Shown: positions 1-18,499 of the stretch, in pieces
Layout of the letters: each line of letters opens with the position of its first letter
Position numbering within the stretch: position 1 is the stretch's first letter
Translations under genes and position numbers: made by a program
Assembly (NCBI RefSeq): GCF_009914755.1
Contig: NC_060932.1
Source: the human T2T-CHM13v2.0 reference genome, Homo sapiens
Length of the DNA stretch: 64,000 nucleotides
Reading direction: 5' to 3' (one strand)
The notes under the pieces: model-generated
What the model was told of the DNA's origin: nothing
Databases searched by the model: none
Seen by the model: only the letters and a program-made list of their open reading frames with translations

Positions 1-2237
1 GATGCAAAGATAAATAATGCCATCTCTCTCTCTGCTCATGTTACCTAAAGCTTGTACCATTTTATGCCATTATTTAATTTTCTTGAGTTTCAATGATAAT
101 CCAAATAACATTTTATATTGGGGAAAATGTACAGTTTCTGAGAAAAATATTCCAAATCAATTGAGTGACTTGTGGAAATAAATCAAACATAACATTCTAG
201 AATTTTAAAGTTATGCAGCCTCATATATAATTTCAGCTCATTTGTTTGGTTTATAAATGAAAAACTGGATCACAGATCTTAAGTGACATGCCTAAAGCCA
301 TGTGTAAGATTGAGAAATTTAGTTTTTTCTGTTTTAGAGGTTTTCCTAGGCAGAAAATTAAGAATTTAAACAAGAAAGAAATTGGAGGAGATGTCTTCCA
401 GGCAAAGAAATATATAATCGTTTTTAAGAGACTGATGACATTTGTAATGAATCATGATTTCCACTTGATAATTGCTCTACCAAACAAAAGCCACCAGTTG
501 AATTATGTTGAACTCTTTATCATCTGACAAGAGCTGTGGAATATGAATGAGCTTTATGTCTACTAATCTGCTTCTGAGGTGTTACTTGGATGCAGTTGTA
601 CCTTAATTATTTCAACCTGCATATCTAATGTTCTGTTGACTCATGTTCACCTTTAAATTTAAAAGCTCAGATTTGTCCTTGATAAGTAAAATTTCCACAC
701 TACTTGGACAAGGGTTCAGGAGACAGAGCTGTATTCCACTGCATCACGGACAAGACCACTTGAAACACCAGGGCATATTGATTTGAATCTGATTACAATC
801 CCTTCAGAATGCCAGCACACCTGCTGTGCTAATACTAAATTTGCAAGTATCTTATGAACATAGACTCTTGCCTTTCTCTTCACTGAGGCTGAAGAATGTT
901 CCTCTAAGCCAGCATTTTCCAGACAGTGGTTGGAAGTGGGTGGCGAGGATGCCTTTGTGTTTTTATCCTGAGTAGATGATATTGATGAATCCCATTGTCT
1001 GTTGACTTCACCGACTCATAGGAGTTTTTAGGTGAAGAGTGGGGACTGATGGCTGAGGTCAAGTGAGGCCACTGCACGCAACGACCAGAATAAGCAATAT
1101 CTGGCTATTCTTATTAGACTGTGAATTGTGAAACTTAGCTAGGGGAGCCTCAGTCATGAAGCACTATTCTGCCCTTTGTGGACCACATGTCTGCAGAGTG
1201 TAGGAAGTTTATGTTCCAGATGCCCTGGGAGCATGGCCTGTAGCCTAGGTTGTGGGAGTGGTGGAAAATCTGGAAGGCAGCTTCTTCAAGGACTAGAAGC
1301 CACAACTTCAGGGGCCAGCCCAGAGGCTCAGTCTTCACAATACTGGATCCTTCTGTTCTATCTGTGGTTGCTATGCTCTTCTAGTGATAGTTCTTTTATC
1401 TTCTTTCTGTCCAAACTAGCTGTAGAGGATAATCACTTTAGCAACTCACATGTTTTCAGATGAGAATTTCTTCATTGTTTTGAAATATTTTTTATAAAAA
1501 TGGTTGATTGCATTTGAAATCTATTTACATTATGGCAAGAAATGTACTTATTACTTTCATCAACTAAAGGAGAAAAAGATCTTCTGGATTCTGTAAATTT
1601 AATTTCAGCTATTGCAAATATTGAAGGGTTTTAAAAATAGATTTACATTTTATTATCACCTACCTGAACAAAGGCAGTTTTCAGTTGTGGTAACCATTAA
1701 AAACTTTGAAAAGGGCTTCATCTAAAAATATCAATTAGAAATTGTATGTGGCCAATTCAAGCATAAAATCCAGTATAAAATAGAAGTTATCATAGAAGTA
1801 AGTTCAAGTTACCTATTACAATTTTGATGGCATTTTATTTGGATGTTTTATAGAAGTTTAATATTTAATATCTTCTGCATTACTTTGTATTTTGTCTGTT
1901 CTTATCATCATTATGTTTTATAAAGATTTCTTGAATTACTGGTATAATATGGAATAATAGTATGATATTTTATATTGCCATAAAAATCTTTTAGTATACT
2001 GTTTTGCACTATACTAAATAATACTTTTACAATTCCCTATTGTAATTTTAATAATTCTTGTTATAAGTGATTTATAGTTTGTTTTAACTGAAAACTCTCA
2101 CTTATACAATAATCTGGTGATTGTTTTCTGTCTTTGTGAAGATGAGGATGAGTAAGCAGTGAGGTTGAGTCTTGCCTGCATTCATGCAAAATGTAACTGG
2201 TCACTCTCTTTTGCTTTCTGCTCTTGTGCTTTGCAGA

Positions 2238-2330
2238 TCTGTGCAAAGCTTCTCAAGAATAGAGGACACTCCATCCAAACCAGAAAATTAAGATGTTGGT
2301 TATAATAAATATGATTTCCATTGTTATCAT
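2238..2330 (+). other. Candidate 3'-terminal exon of an unidentified transcript
   Basis: Long pyrimidine tract ctctcttttgctttctgctcttgtgctttgcag ends at 2237. All three frames stop within about 70 nt (e.g. SVQSFSRIEDTPSKPEN*). AATAAA at about 2304 and ATTAAA at 2391. No transcript evidence is available here. Confidence 0.3.
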
Positions 2331-2922
2331 AATTATTTTAAGAAAATGAATAATCTCAGAAATCCATACAAGTACTCATTGTAAAATGTTATTAAACATT
2401 ACAACAGAGGGAATGAGAAGATAATCCTTCTATGGGTAGAGGATGTTTTGCTTTGTGGAATACCTGGCTGATAGGAAAAAGTGCTTCATTGTCTCAGGAG
2501 AGAGTAGAAAAAGGTACATGATCCAGGAAACTATAAAGTAATGCACTCAGGAGAAAAATAATACCAGCGTATGCATAACTCACAGTTTTTAAGCCATATA
2601 AGGCTGGAGTAAAATTAAGGTTATTATAATAGCCTGCTATAACCATTCTCCAGTTTTGTCCCATTACTATTGTGAGACATTTTGCCATAGTCAGCCTCAA
2701 ATCTGTCTGCATTTATTTTCAACTCCATCATCTCTTCTTCAGTACAAGCTAAGCTAGCTTCTTCATTGGTCTCCTTGCATTCTTCTGGTAGCTTCCTGTT
2801 GCTTTTATGGAAGCAATTCCATAAATTTGCCTGTATGGACTCCATGGCCTCCTTTGAGCCATCCTCTGTCTAGCTCTCCATCTTCACCTGGCCCTGAGCA
2901 ACATCTTCAACATCTTTCTTTC

Positions 2923-3225
<303 letters not shown>

Positions 3226-3329
3226 GCAACTTCTTTCATCACATCTTCTAAGCACGTTCTCCACATAACCAATGGGCCTCTGCCCACCGCTGCTCGTACG
3301 TCTGTATTTTCCTCCTCCATTCTCTTGAC

Positions 3330-3670
3330 CTCCATAACCCCTTTTTATCCTTAATATTTCTACTTCATTCTTATACACTTAGTGAATCTTTCCCTGACAC
3401 CCTTATTTGGCGAATAGCTCCTGTCACAGGATTTGAAAAGACGACATAAACTTTGACATAAACTTATGAAGAACTTTTTTCTTGGTTGTGCTTTTCAAAT
3501 TTATGATTTTTCATTTACTTGGTGATTGTTTGATTAATGTCTGCTTTCTTCATCAAACCATTTACACTCTATGAAAAAGGACTATGTCATTTTTTTGCTC
3601 ACCACTGTGATCCCAGGACCCAATATGGAGTCTGATCCAGTGTAAGTGCTTAGTACACATCAGGTGCTAT
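3330..3670 (+). mobile_element. L2 3' fragment (approximate bounds)
   Basis: Degenerate L2 3' motifs (gactatgtc...tgctcaccactgtgatcccaggaccc...gtaagtgcttagta). Confidence 0.55.
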
Positions 3671-3779
3671 TTGTTATTAATCATTACGTAGTGAACCTAG
3701 CTGATGCACTTCTGATGAGCTGCTTAGCATTGGTCACTTGCTCTTTTCCCAAATTTGGTTCCTGCCATTTCTGCAGCAG

Positions 3780-4295
3780 CAAACCTGGCTAAGGCCCCCA
3801 TCATCTGTGTCCTGCCACTGCCTCTTCTGGGGACAAGAGTCAGGCTTCAGCAGTGGCCTCCATGGAGCCCCCAGTGCTGAGAACTGTGGCAGCAGCAGAC
3901 CTTGTCTGACCCCAGCAGACCCACAAGGCTCCAGCTTCCCAAGAGGCTGTCTGTAGGGTTCAGGCAACATAGCCAAGGACTATGGAGGAGTTCACATCCT
4001 ATGGGGTGAACTTGGACCAGTGAGACACAGAGACGCCAAAGAGCTGGCGGAGAAATTGCTCATTCTTCCCTCTGAGGCAGTGAAACACACTAGTTCCATT
4101 CCAGTTTTCCAGGGACATGTCCCATGACCAATATATTTTTGTCTGAAACTTGGAACAGTTTAGTCTTGCCAAGCTTGTGTTTTTCCTTCTTCCTTCTCTG
4201 TCTTCCCTTTGGTTCCTTTCTCTTGTGGCCAGGCATTGTATTCAGACATTAAGATTTGCCTCAGTCTATTTTCCAGGAAACTCAGGCTTAGATAA
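3780..4295. mobile_element. Old ERVL-type LTR (LTR16/LTR33-like), approximate
   Basis: The end ...ctattttccaggaaactcaggcttagata resembles ERVL LTR termini; highly diverged. Confidence 0.35.
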
Positions 4296-4379
4296 TTTTC
4301 CTTATTGTTTTAAATATTATCATATTCTTCCCTAGGGACATCAACCTAAGCATTCAGAAAACATTGGACCTCATTCATG

Positions 4380-4800
4380 AATTTATTAGCTAAAGATTTA
4401 TTGAAGCAATACTAGGAGACAGATTTTGTTCCAGGCCTCTTAGTTAGCAAAATACAGAGAAAGTTATTCCTAAACTTCAGCAGGTCACTTTTAAGGTGAG
4501 GTAAGAGGAAGTGGACATGTAAACCAGCAATGTGAGGATTATTGTATGTGTTCAATAAATAAGTAACCAGTAACTTTTTCAGGAGGGTTTTCCCATGGGA
4601 TGTTCACATGTAAGATGAATCCTAAAGGAGGAGGTGGGCTTTTTCCAAAGCCTAAGGTGGGTCAGAGAGAAGGAGCGTAGGGAGACTCTCCAGGTAGAGG
4701 GAGGAACAGACATGTATGTATGAAAGAGAGGAAGATCATGGCACATCCAGGGTAACTGCAAGAGTTTCCTTGGAAATGAAGTTGGGGAGGACTTTGGGCT
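4380..4800 (-). mobile_element. L2 fragment
   Basis: cattcat...atttattga...tactaggaga, followed by a purine-rich antisense L2 body. Confidence 0.5.
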
Positions 4801-5987
4801 CAAAGCCACAAAGAAACATCACCTTTATATTGTGGTCTGGGAATTACATTTCTGAGAAACACTGTCAAGAAGGTCCAGAATAAAATGAAGAAAATGACGG
4901 AGGGGGCCCGGTGTAAATAAGCTTTGTTTATTTATTCCCTGCTTCAATTTTTTAGAAGGATTTCAGGCACTCTGAACTGCCTGCATTCTGAAACAGGAAG
5001 ATTGAGAGTTGATATAATCATAAAACATGGCATTTTAGATCAGGCAGGACATGCAGAGAGGCTGCTGTTTCCAGAAACTCTGAGAGTTAAGTGGTAGATA
5101 CAGCATAGTTGATACCCAAATTAGGTCTGTTTTTGATACCTCCTTCTTCTGCAGGGCACAAGCATTTTCAATAATAATTGTGTAATGGAATGAATATATT
5201 TTATGAATAAACTAAAATTCTTACTTCGCAAATGAAAATATTTCATTTTGGATTTCACACTGCGTGATTGTTTGACATTTTATTTTATTTATTTATTTAT
5301 TTTTTAAATTATTTTATTTTATTTTATTTTATTTTATTTTATTATTATTATACTTTAAGTTTTAGGGTACATATGCACAATGTGCAGGTTAGTTACATAT
5401 GTATACATGTGCCATGCTGGTGCGCTGCACCCACTAACTCGTCATCTAGCATTAGGTATATCTCCCAACGCTATCCCTCCCCCCTCCCCCCACCCCACAA
5501 CAGTCCCCAGAGTGTGATGTTCCCCTTCCTGTGTCCATGTGATCTCACTGTTCAGTTCCCACCTATGAGTGAGAATATGCAGTGTTTGGTTTTTTGTTCT
5601 TGCGATAGTTTACTGAGAATGATGATTTCCAATTTCATCCATGTCCCTACAAAGGACATGAACTCATCATTTTTTATGGCTGCATAGTATTCCATGATGT
5701 ATATGTGCCACATTTTCTTAATCCAGTCTATCATTGTTGGACATTTGGGTTGGTTCCAAGTCTTTGCTATTGTGAATAATGCCACAATAAACATACGTGT
5801 GCATGTCTTTATAGCAGCATGATTTATAGTCCTTTGAGTATATACCCAGTAATGGGATTGCTGGGTCAAATGGTATTTCTAGTTCTAGATCCCTGAGGAA
5901 TCGCCACACTGACTTCCACAATGGTTGAACTAGTTTACAGTCCCACCAACAGTGTAGAAGTGTTCCTATTTCTACACATCCTCTCCA

Positions 5988-9263
<3,276 letters not shown>

Positions 9264-9919
9264 CTAGAAAGCAAGAGCAAACACATTCAAAAGCTAGCAG
9301 AAGGCAAGAAATAACTAAAATCAGATTGTTTGACATTTTAAACAGAAATAAACATTCCCCATTGCCACATAGAAGGATAGAATGGAAGCAACTCAGACAC
9401 TTTTTCTTTATCTTTGCCATCACTCTACTCTCATTGTTTATTTTTCAACTGTTGGTTAAATATAAAAACATGTACTACCACAGAGGTTGGAGATACAAAC
9501 TACACCTGTACCTGAATGGAGTCTAAATGATTCCTAATTGTTACAAACTTACTCTCTAAACCAATGTGTGCAGCTGGTCCTGCCTGTGTTAGGGCCTACT
9601 CTAGAATTGAGAGTCCTCTGAATTAACTTTATCTTTTATTAGTGGGCAATAAGCATGTGCCTATTTGAAACTTATACACGCATCAATAAAAGTCAACATT
9701 AATAGCAGCAATTGTTTGACCAACAAATAATTTGGAGAAACATGTATTTTTCTCCCTGAAATCACTTAGAATTGCCAGTGCTTGGTGACAATAAACAGAC
9801 TGATGTTTAGCAAGGTGTATTATTGTTTTCAAGTTCTTTAAGACAATGCACTTCCTTATTGCCCACACCCAGAACAGACTGCCTCCTGGTTCCACCCTTG
9901 GTGCCACTAGAACTTATGC

Positions 9920-10150
9920 ACATGGATTCTGGAGCTAAACAAACTGGTCCAAATTCTGCTTCCTCCATTTCCTGGTGGTAAGATCTTCAGAAGGTTGATA
10001 AACCTCTTAATGCCCTGGTTTCTTCATTGAAAAATACACCTATAGTAGTAACTGCCTTATAAATTGTAATGATGTTTGCATAAGTTAGTATGTAAAGTGC
10101 TTAGATAAGTGCCTAAAGCATAATAACATTAATATACATTAGCTAATTAG
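9920..10150 (+). mobile_element. MIR
   Basis: tggattctggagc...aacctcttaatgccctggtttcttcatt...tgtaaagtgcttag core. Confidence 0.65.
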
Positions 10151-10550
10151 ATAATCTGGTTGAAGAAGGTAAAGTGAGGTCCGGTGGGGAGAACTAAGCT
10201 GATAGCAGAGACGGGACTGAAACCTAAATCTGCCCTATTTTAATTCAGTTCTCTGATCTCTGAACAATATTGATTAACGTGATTATGGTGACAAAATGAA
10301 CAACTTCTCAAGAGGACCTGAAGACTCAGAACTTTAAAAGATGAGAAAAGTTTTTTGGAAATTGGTTTATGCAACTGACACATACTAGTTTTGCAATGTT
10401 GAACCAAGTACCTAAGCCTCTCTGACTCGGTTTGACATGAAGTGTTACTGTATGGAAAATGAAATAATACATCTACAGCACCACTAACTGTCTGCACCTG
10501 TTTGCTTCTCAAAAATCTATTATTTTATTACTATTATTGTTATACGTGGA

Positions 10551-10865
10551 TGCTGCCCAGTAGAAATATAACATGAGCTACAAATGCAAGCCACATATGC
10601 AATCTTAAATTTCTGGTGACTACGTTATAAAAAGTAAAAAGAAACAGGTGAAATGAATTTTAGTAACATTTTTACTCAATTTATCCAAATAGTACCAATG
10701 TTCTCTAACATAAAAATTAATAATGAGATATTTTACTTTTTTTCTTGAAAACAGTATGTATTGAAATCCAGTGTATATTTTGCACTAGGACATATGTCAA
10801 TTTGAACCAGCCGTACAGCAAATATCCAATAGGCAGAGATGACTAACGGCTATTATTTTAGATGG
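10551..10865. mobile_element. MER33-like hAT-Charlie element
   Basis: gctgcccagtagaaatataa...agccacatatgcaatcttaaatttctggtgactac...aaaagtaaaaagaaacaggtgaaat matches MER33. Confidence 0.75.
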
Positions 10866-12249
10866 TTACAGGTATACAGTTACTCTAACAGGTGGCATGA
10901 ACTGAGGCTATAAAAAGGTATCAAAGACTTCTGATGATGCCTTGTACCACATTTATATTTTGGATAGTCAAGTGAAATCAAGGATGTCTGAGGGAGTTCA
11001 TGAACCTTCAAGTATTTGACCTAATATAAGGAAATAGACATATATCCTTATATTTGACATGTATCCTTACATCCTCACGTATAAGGATATATGCCATTTC
11101 AATGATGCAACAGTGATTTTTGTAAATGCCCACATAGAATTTAGTGGAAGAGAACAAAATTGAAAACACACTTTTTCCTGAAGAACAGATATTTTTCCTC
11201 CATTGGTCAGATTTTGAGACGTACATGTCTACTGAGGTTGATTGCATTGTCCTTTTTGCCTTGCCAACCAGGAAGCTCATACTAAGTTGGGCATTCTACT
11301 ATAATGGTTATCATTAGCCAAAGTTTTTTCTACTTGCACTACTCTTGGCTCTTGGTTTTTGTCCTAATTAATTTGGCCTAATTAATGTTCTCATAGTCAT
11401 TTATTGAAAATTATTTGAGGAGAATCAATATATATAAAAGAATAAGTAAATAAAACTTCCTTAAATGCATTCCTTAGTACCTGATTCACACAGAACACTG
11501 GGCTCAATGAATGACATCTTTATGTAAGACATGAATTAGAGTTTAATATTCATATAACAGTAATTAAACCTCAAACTATAGATTCAGAGACTGTCACAGC
11601 CTGGAAGGGTTGAGAGATTATCTCTTTTAATTAATATAGTCCTAGAGAAGTTTAGTAACTTTCGTAAAGACTTCAAGATCGCTAATGGCAGTCCTGGCTT
11701 TTAGAAGGCTTTCTTTCCAATATATTAGCTTCCTCTAAATCCATTTCAATAAGATTCCAATGAGCAAATCATCTCTTAATGGGTGGGCAGAGGCTGGGGC
11801 AATTTAAACCTTGACATTAGCTGGTATGTCAGACATAAAGTAATAATGTGTTATTTTTTATTTGCTAAGGGAAAACTATGCTTAACCTGACCAATCCATC
11901 ATGTAAAGGAGTCTGCATTATCCATTCCTGATAATAGAACCATTATTCATGTGAGATGACACTGCACTGCAAGGTTAGACTATGAATATTAGTTTTTATC
12001 AACTACACTTGATAATATCACAGACATTCTAATTACTGAAATTACTGAATATAACTTGGCATTGGTTTAGGAGAGAAAACAGACATTCCCATCTACCAGT
12101 CGTAAATTGGCTCAAGCCTACTGAAGAGTAGTTTATGAATATAAAGCAAATCCTTAAAAATGTGCATAGCATTGTACCAAAGATATAGCTTCCAGGTACA
12201 GTATTTATCCTGTCAACTTAGAGCCTCTGCTTACATATTCATATTATAA

Positions 12250-12430
12250 CATACATCCTTGTCACCATTTCCAATCCCTATCAGGACCTGGAAAGTGGGA
12301 TAGGTCCAATTATGCCTATTTTACAGATTAACAAACCAAGAATTGGCAAATTCAAGTAACTACCTTGCAGTCACACAACTAAGAGCTTGGATTCAAACTC
12401 AAATCTGTCTCCAAATCGAGTACTTTGAAG
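12250..12430 (-). mobile_element. MIR
   Basis: attatgcctattttacagat...aagtaactaccttgcagtcacacaact...ggattcaaactc. Confidence 0.6.
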
Positions 12431-12483
12431 ACTATGGTGAGTGTTCTAGAGTTTTAAAAAATTTTCTAATATAGTTTATGTTA

Positions 12484-12687
12484 AGGTTTCCAGATAAAAT
12501 ACAGGACATTCACTTAAATTTGTTTCATATAAGCAATAAATAACTTTTAGTTTAACTATGTTTCCATCATTGCATGGATGTCCGTGCAATAATTGGTACA
12601 CCCTTATATTAAAATTTCATTTTTGCTTATCTCAAATTTAAATTTAACCAGGTCTCCTGTACTTTTATTTGCTAAATCTGGCAGCCC
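12484..12687. mobile_element. MER53-like hAT element
   Basis: Inverted termini aggtttccagataaaatacagg... and ...tttgctaaatctggcagccc; about 200 bp and quasi-palindromic. Confidence 0.75.
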
Positions 12688-12777
12688 CATTCTGTGGGTA
12701 TCAAGGACCCAGGCCTGAAGATAATCAGAATAATGACAAGGAGAATGGAAAGTATAAAGCTGCTCAGCCACAGTCTT

Positions 12778-13253
12778 TTTTTTGTTTTAGATTTTAAAAA
12801 AAATTTTCCTCTTTATTTAAATATAAAACACATTTATAACATGCAAATTGACTTAACATTAAATGGCGTCTTCCCAGACCAAGTATTTGTGAATGTATCT
12901 TCAAGCACTGAAAATAAACCAACATATTCGACAGGTGGACTCAGACTCTTCTATCACCTCATGTCAAATGGAGTTAAACACAAATTGAGTAGAATTCTTA
13001 AAGGGAAAAACTGTCATCTTTTGGACATACAAAAAAGTTGTCTCATACATCAACTATTAAATTCCTTGGCTGATTAAAGGACAGATCTTGAAAAATAACA
13101 TAACTATATTTTACTATCTGGGACAAGCCCTGTGGTAATTGCTATATAAATGAGAAAATAATGCTGTTCATATTTCTGACTACTTTAAATATGTTCATGA
13201 CATTTTTTTACGTTATTTATTTTATAACCAAACTTCATGTTTTCACTCATTAC
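12778..13253 (-). other. L1 3'-transduced segment with second poly(A) tail
   Basis: Lies inside the 14-bp TSD tcagccacagtctt (12764-12777 / 14425-14438). T-tract at 12776-12788. Minus-strand AATAAA at 12812-12817, about 23 nt from the tail. Confidence 0.8.
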
Positions 13254-14428
<1,175 letters not shown>

Positions 14429-14914
14429 CCACAGTCTTGACCCAAGAAAAGACATCAGGAGTTGTCTAAGGTTGCAGAGGTTGCAAGTAGCAGACTGCTT
14501 ACCTAAGACAGAGCCTTCATCCAGAGAGACAGAGAATGCAATGACTATCTTATGTTGTGTAATCATGCAAAATAAATTCCAGTCTCCCCAGAGGGAAATA
14601 TTTAAATTGTTTAAGAGTTAAACAGTGGTGTCAAATAGGAAAACAAGAAAATATATTCATTCTTACATAAAATATTTTGAGAAAAAAAAGCAGAGTCAAA
14701 CACTTAGTGAAGAGAATGTATGTTTGTGATGGCGAGACAGTATGAATGACTCTATAGATCACAGTGAATTCATTGATTGGATATAAAATTGAAAAGGAGG
14801 GATGGAAGATAAAGGATAATGGAATGTAAATCAGTCATTATTATAATTGTTCGAAGAAATGAACAAACACTATATAGATGTAAAATCTGTCCAGGTTTCC
14901 TAGAAACACATCTG

Positions 14915-15900
14915 ATATGTATTCAGGAGGTTTATTGGGAGTATTCCATGAGGAAGTGAGGAAAAGCAGGATTGGGCAGATAGAAAAGTTAAATTGGAAT
15001 GCAGTTAACATGGATAACTCAGCCAAAAACATGTGGGGCTCTGAAGCTAGGATGCTCTTCAGGGTTGTCCCAACTGAGGCAAGGAGCCTGGGTTTTGTAC
15101 CTTTGCATAGATGAGTCATTAGATGAGGGCTGCCCTGGAGTGGGGATGTAACCTTTGGGGTAGCTCATTCCTGTGGCTGGAGGCAATTCCCAGAGAGGAG
15201 CAAAGTGGTGATCCTCCATCAGGCACACTCTTGGCAGCTGGGAAGGTGAATGCCTCAGTCCTGAAGGGGATACGGGTGGCACATCACAGCATCCACCATA
15301 ACCCACTTCTTGCTCTGTTCAAATGTGCTTGTTGCTTACGTTAAGTTTAGCCCATTGGAGACCAACTTCTCCAGGATCCTGGATTGTGTCTTTCTTGGGG
15401 AAACTTATAAGAAAAGGTTAGCAGGATAATGTATAACCCTTGCTTTTGTAGCTGGTCTTGGAGCTGTAACTGAATCACATTGTTTTCCTTATCAATCTAG
15501 TTTCCCTTCACCATTAGCTACTACCTATGCTGGTCTTAATCAGTGGCACAGACTCTCATCTCTGAGGAATCTGAGCCATTGGTCACTATGCTCTTCTCAG
15601 GCTGTGGCTTCAGTTCTTGACTAATTACCATCAAGATTAGGCAAAGATCACCAAGTAACAGTCTGTGGGCCACTTGAATATCAAACTCTTTCTTTTCTAT
15701 GCCAGTTGTGAAACAGTGGAGGTCTGAAACAGGTAATGAGGGTCACCTACTTAAATCCTCTGAATGGGCCATCAGTTACCCCTGTCAGGATAGTGAGTCT
15801 TTCCTTGCTTTCTTCTGTCTTGGCAAAGGAAGTCTGAAGTGATCAGAGGGCAGCCATGGCCTAAAGTTCCATGGGTCTTTTACTATGTCTCCTGGTGAGG
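14915..15900. mobile_element. Old ERVL-type LTR (LTR16-like) with possible adjacent internal sequence
   Basis: ggaggtttattgggagt...ggcacatcacagcatccacca resembles an antisense LTR16-type element; diverged, bounds approximate. Confidence 0.4.
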
Positions 15901-16008
15901 AATTTGACTGTGAAAATGGCTTGGACAAAATGGGTGACTGATGGGTAGGGTGGGCTCTTGTGGGTATGGCCAGCTCTCAGTTGTAGTGATCTGGGGGCAG
16001 GGACACTG

Positions 16009-16277
<269 letters not shown>

Positions 16278-16619
16278 GAGGACACTTCTATTCCATCCAA
16301 ACCAGCCTATAGAATTTAGGGGGAAGCACATGACAACCTCACTGCTTTTCTTAGTAATTTATTTGTTTTGGATCAAGGGCATGCTTGGCAACTGAAGACT
16401 ATGAAAATAGATTCCAAATCTTTGAGAATGGATAACAAGAATTGATAAGAGATTCAAGATTTCAGTCAAAGAAGCAAGAAATAAGGGACTCATGACTTCA
16501 GTCAGGGAATTTTCCAACTTGACCAGAGTAATGAAAATGTAATCAAGAAACTATAGTATATATTAACTGAGTGACAGTGGTAGGCCATTTGGAGAAAGGC
16601 TATAGCATGAGAGTTTGCC

Positions 16620-16830
16620 TAATGTCCCAGAAAGAGCAAAGGCTGTGATGTCAAACAGATCCCCGCATGAAGCTCAGCTCTGCTGTCACCCAACTTTTAG
16701 GCCTTCTCAGAGCCTCAGTTTCCTCATCTGTAATAAGGGGCTATAAATAGATTTTACATGTCACCATGCTTGTTTACTAAATTATAGGTTTAGAGATAAT
16801 GTATGTAAAATGTACATCCTAGCTTCTGGC
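16620..16830 (+). mobile_element. MIR
   Basis: gagcctcagtttcctcatctgtaataagggg core. Confidence 0.7.
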
Positions 16831-17587
16831 CCACTCCCACCCAATAAATACTTGTCCACTGTCCATTTAATTGGAATTATGCAGACAGCTTTGAGATACA
16901 CACACATTAGAACAATTCCCATTTAGAAAATCAAAGGAGACAGGAACAAGAGCAAAAGGAGAGCAAGCCTTCCCCAGGTTATCAGTTTTGTGTGATCCTT
17001 GAATATGTTTGATATAAAAATGACAGATGAAAATGCTGTAGCTCAGACCCAAAGTTAGTAAACATGCAGACTTTGATGAAATTATGAACAATTCATAATG
17101 AGGCTGCTGCCGCTGCAATGACGGAAGCAAGCACAAGCCTTGCAGGTGCCAGGATTACACAGGGAAGTGAAGAAGAGCATGAGATACACATTTTATTGAA
17201 ATTAAAGTTCAATGTGATATGACAGTTTGCCTTTTATGGATGTTCATTTAAAACTAGGAAAGATCAGAACCAGTAACCAGGTCTTGTTCTTTGGACCAAA
17301 ACAATTAATTTTTAGAAAAAAAAATCAAAGAACTAACCTACTATTTTAGCTCATTTAATTTTTGTAACAATTTTATGAAAAAGGTGTGGTTCCCGTCATT
17401 TTAAAGAGGAAAAACAATGGAGACATAGATAGGAAATTAGAGTTTCCAACATCACACAAGGAGGGTGAGATTTGAACTCCCAACGGCCATGTTACCTCCA
17501 TTGTTTCATGCTCCTTCATTCCATGCCCATGCTGTTCCTCTGTGGTATGTTATTTTTATAAAGTATGTAAGAAATATTTTCACACTG

Positions 17588-17950
17588 TGTTACAGACTGA
17601 AAGTTTGTGTCCTCCTAAAATTCATCTGTTGAAATTTAATCCCCAGAGTGACTATATTTGGAGGTGGAGCCTTTGGGAGGTAATCAGGTGATGAGACTGG
17701 AGACCTCAAGAAAGGGATTAGTGTACTTATACCAGAGGCCCAAGGGAGCTCAGCTGTCTCTTCCACCATGTTAGGACACAGCAAGAAGGCTTCGTCTATG
17801 AACCATAAAGCTGGTGCTCACCAGACTCCAAATCTGCTGGCATCTTGATCTTGGACTTTCGAGCTTCCAGAACTCTGAGAAATAAATGTTTATTGTTTAA
17901 GCCACCTAGTCTATGGTAATTTGTGATAGCAGCTCTGGCTGATTAAAACA
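17588..17950 (+). mobile_element. MLT1A-type MaLR solo LTR
   Basis: tgttacagactgaaagtttgtgtcctcc...gagaaataaatgtttattgtttaagccacctagtctatggtaatttg...aaca. Confidence 0.88.
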
Positions 17951-18499
17951 CTGATTTTTGGAATATTTGTAATATTGACTTAGTTAAAGCAGTTAATACA
18001 CGTGTTGTACCATGAACTAAAGAAACAACTTGCAGGTCACATTCTTCAAATAATAATTGATCAGTCAGTAACCATGAGTTGAGTGTCCACCATGCTGAAC
18101 TTGTGTTATACATAATTACTTTTTGCTCCCATGTCATGTTCTAATAGCTGTCATTGTTAAATATAAAAGCTAACAATTTCTATTTTCCACACAAGCTCTT
18201 CTTAAACTTTTTTCCAAATTATCCTCACAATTTTTTTTTGTGAATAGTTCCTAATTTAAGTTAGTTGCTCATTTCACTGACAATTCCATTGCATAGTCAT
18301 CATTATTTTTCCCAGTTCCCATATTATTCCCATTCTCATTTCAGCCTTCTTCATCTTTCACTTCTTATTATTTACCTTTCTGATGATTTTTAATGATAGC
18401 ACCAAATACATTCAAATGAAAAATTCCCTATACACAGTGCTTGGGAAAGGCCTCTGATTATATTTGCTTTCTTTCTTTACCTCTGAAATTTAGAATTAC

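Noticed and set aside
12694-13077. 127-aa ORF
   Set aside because: GTG start; it crosses the TSD/poly-T junction antisense to the transduced segment and has no recognisable protein features.
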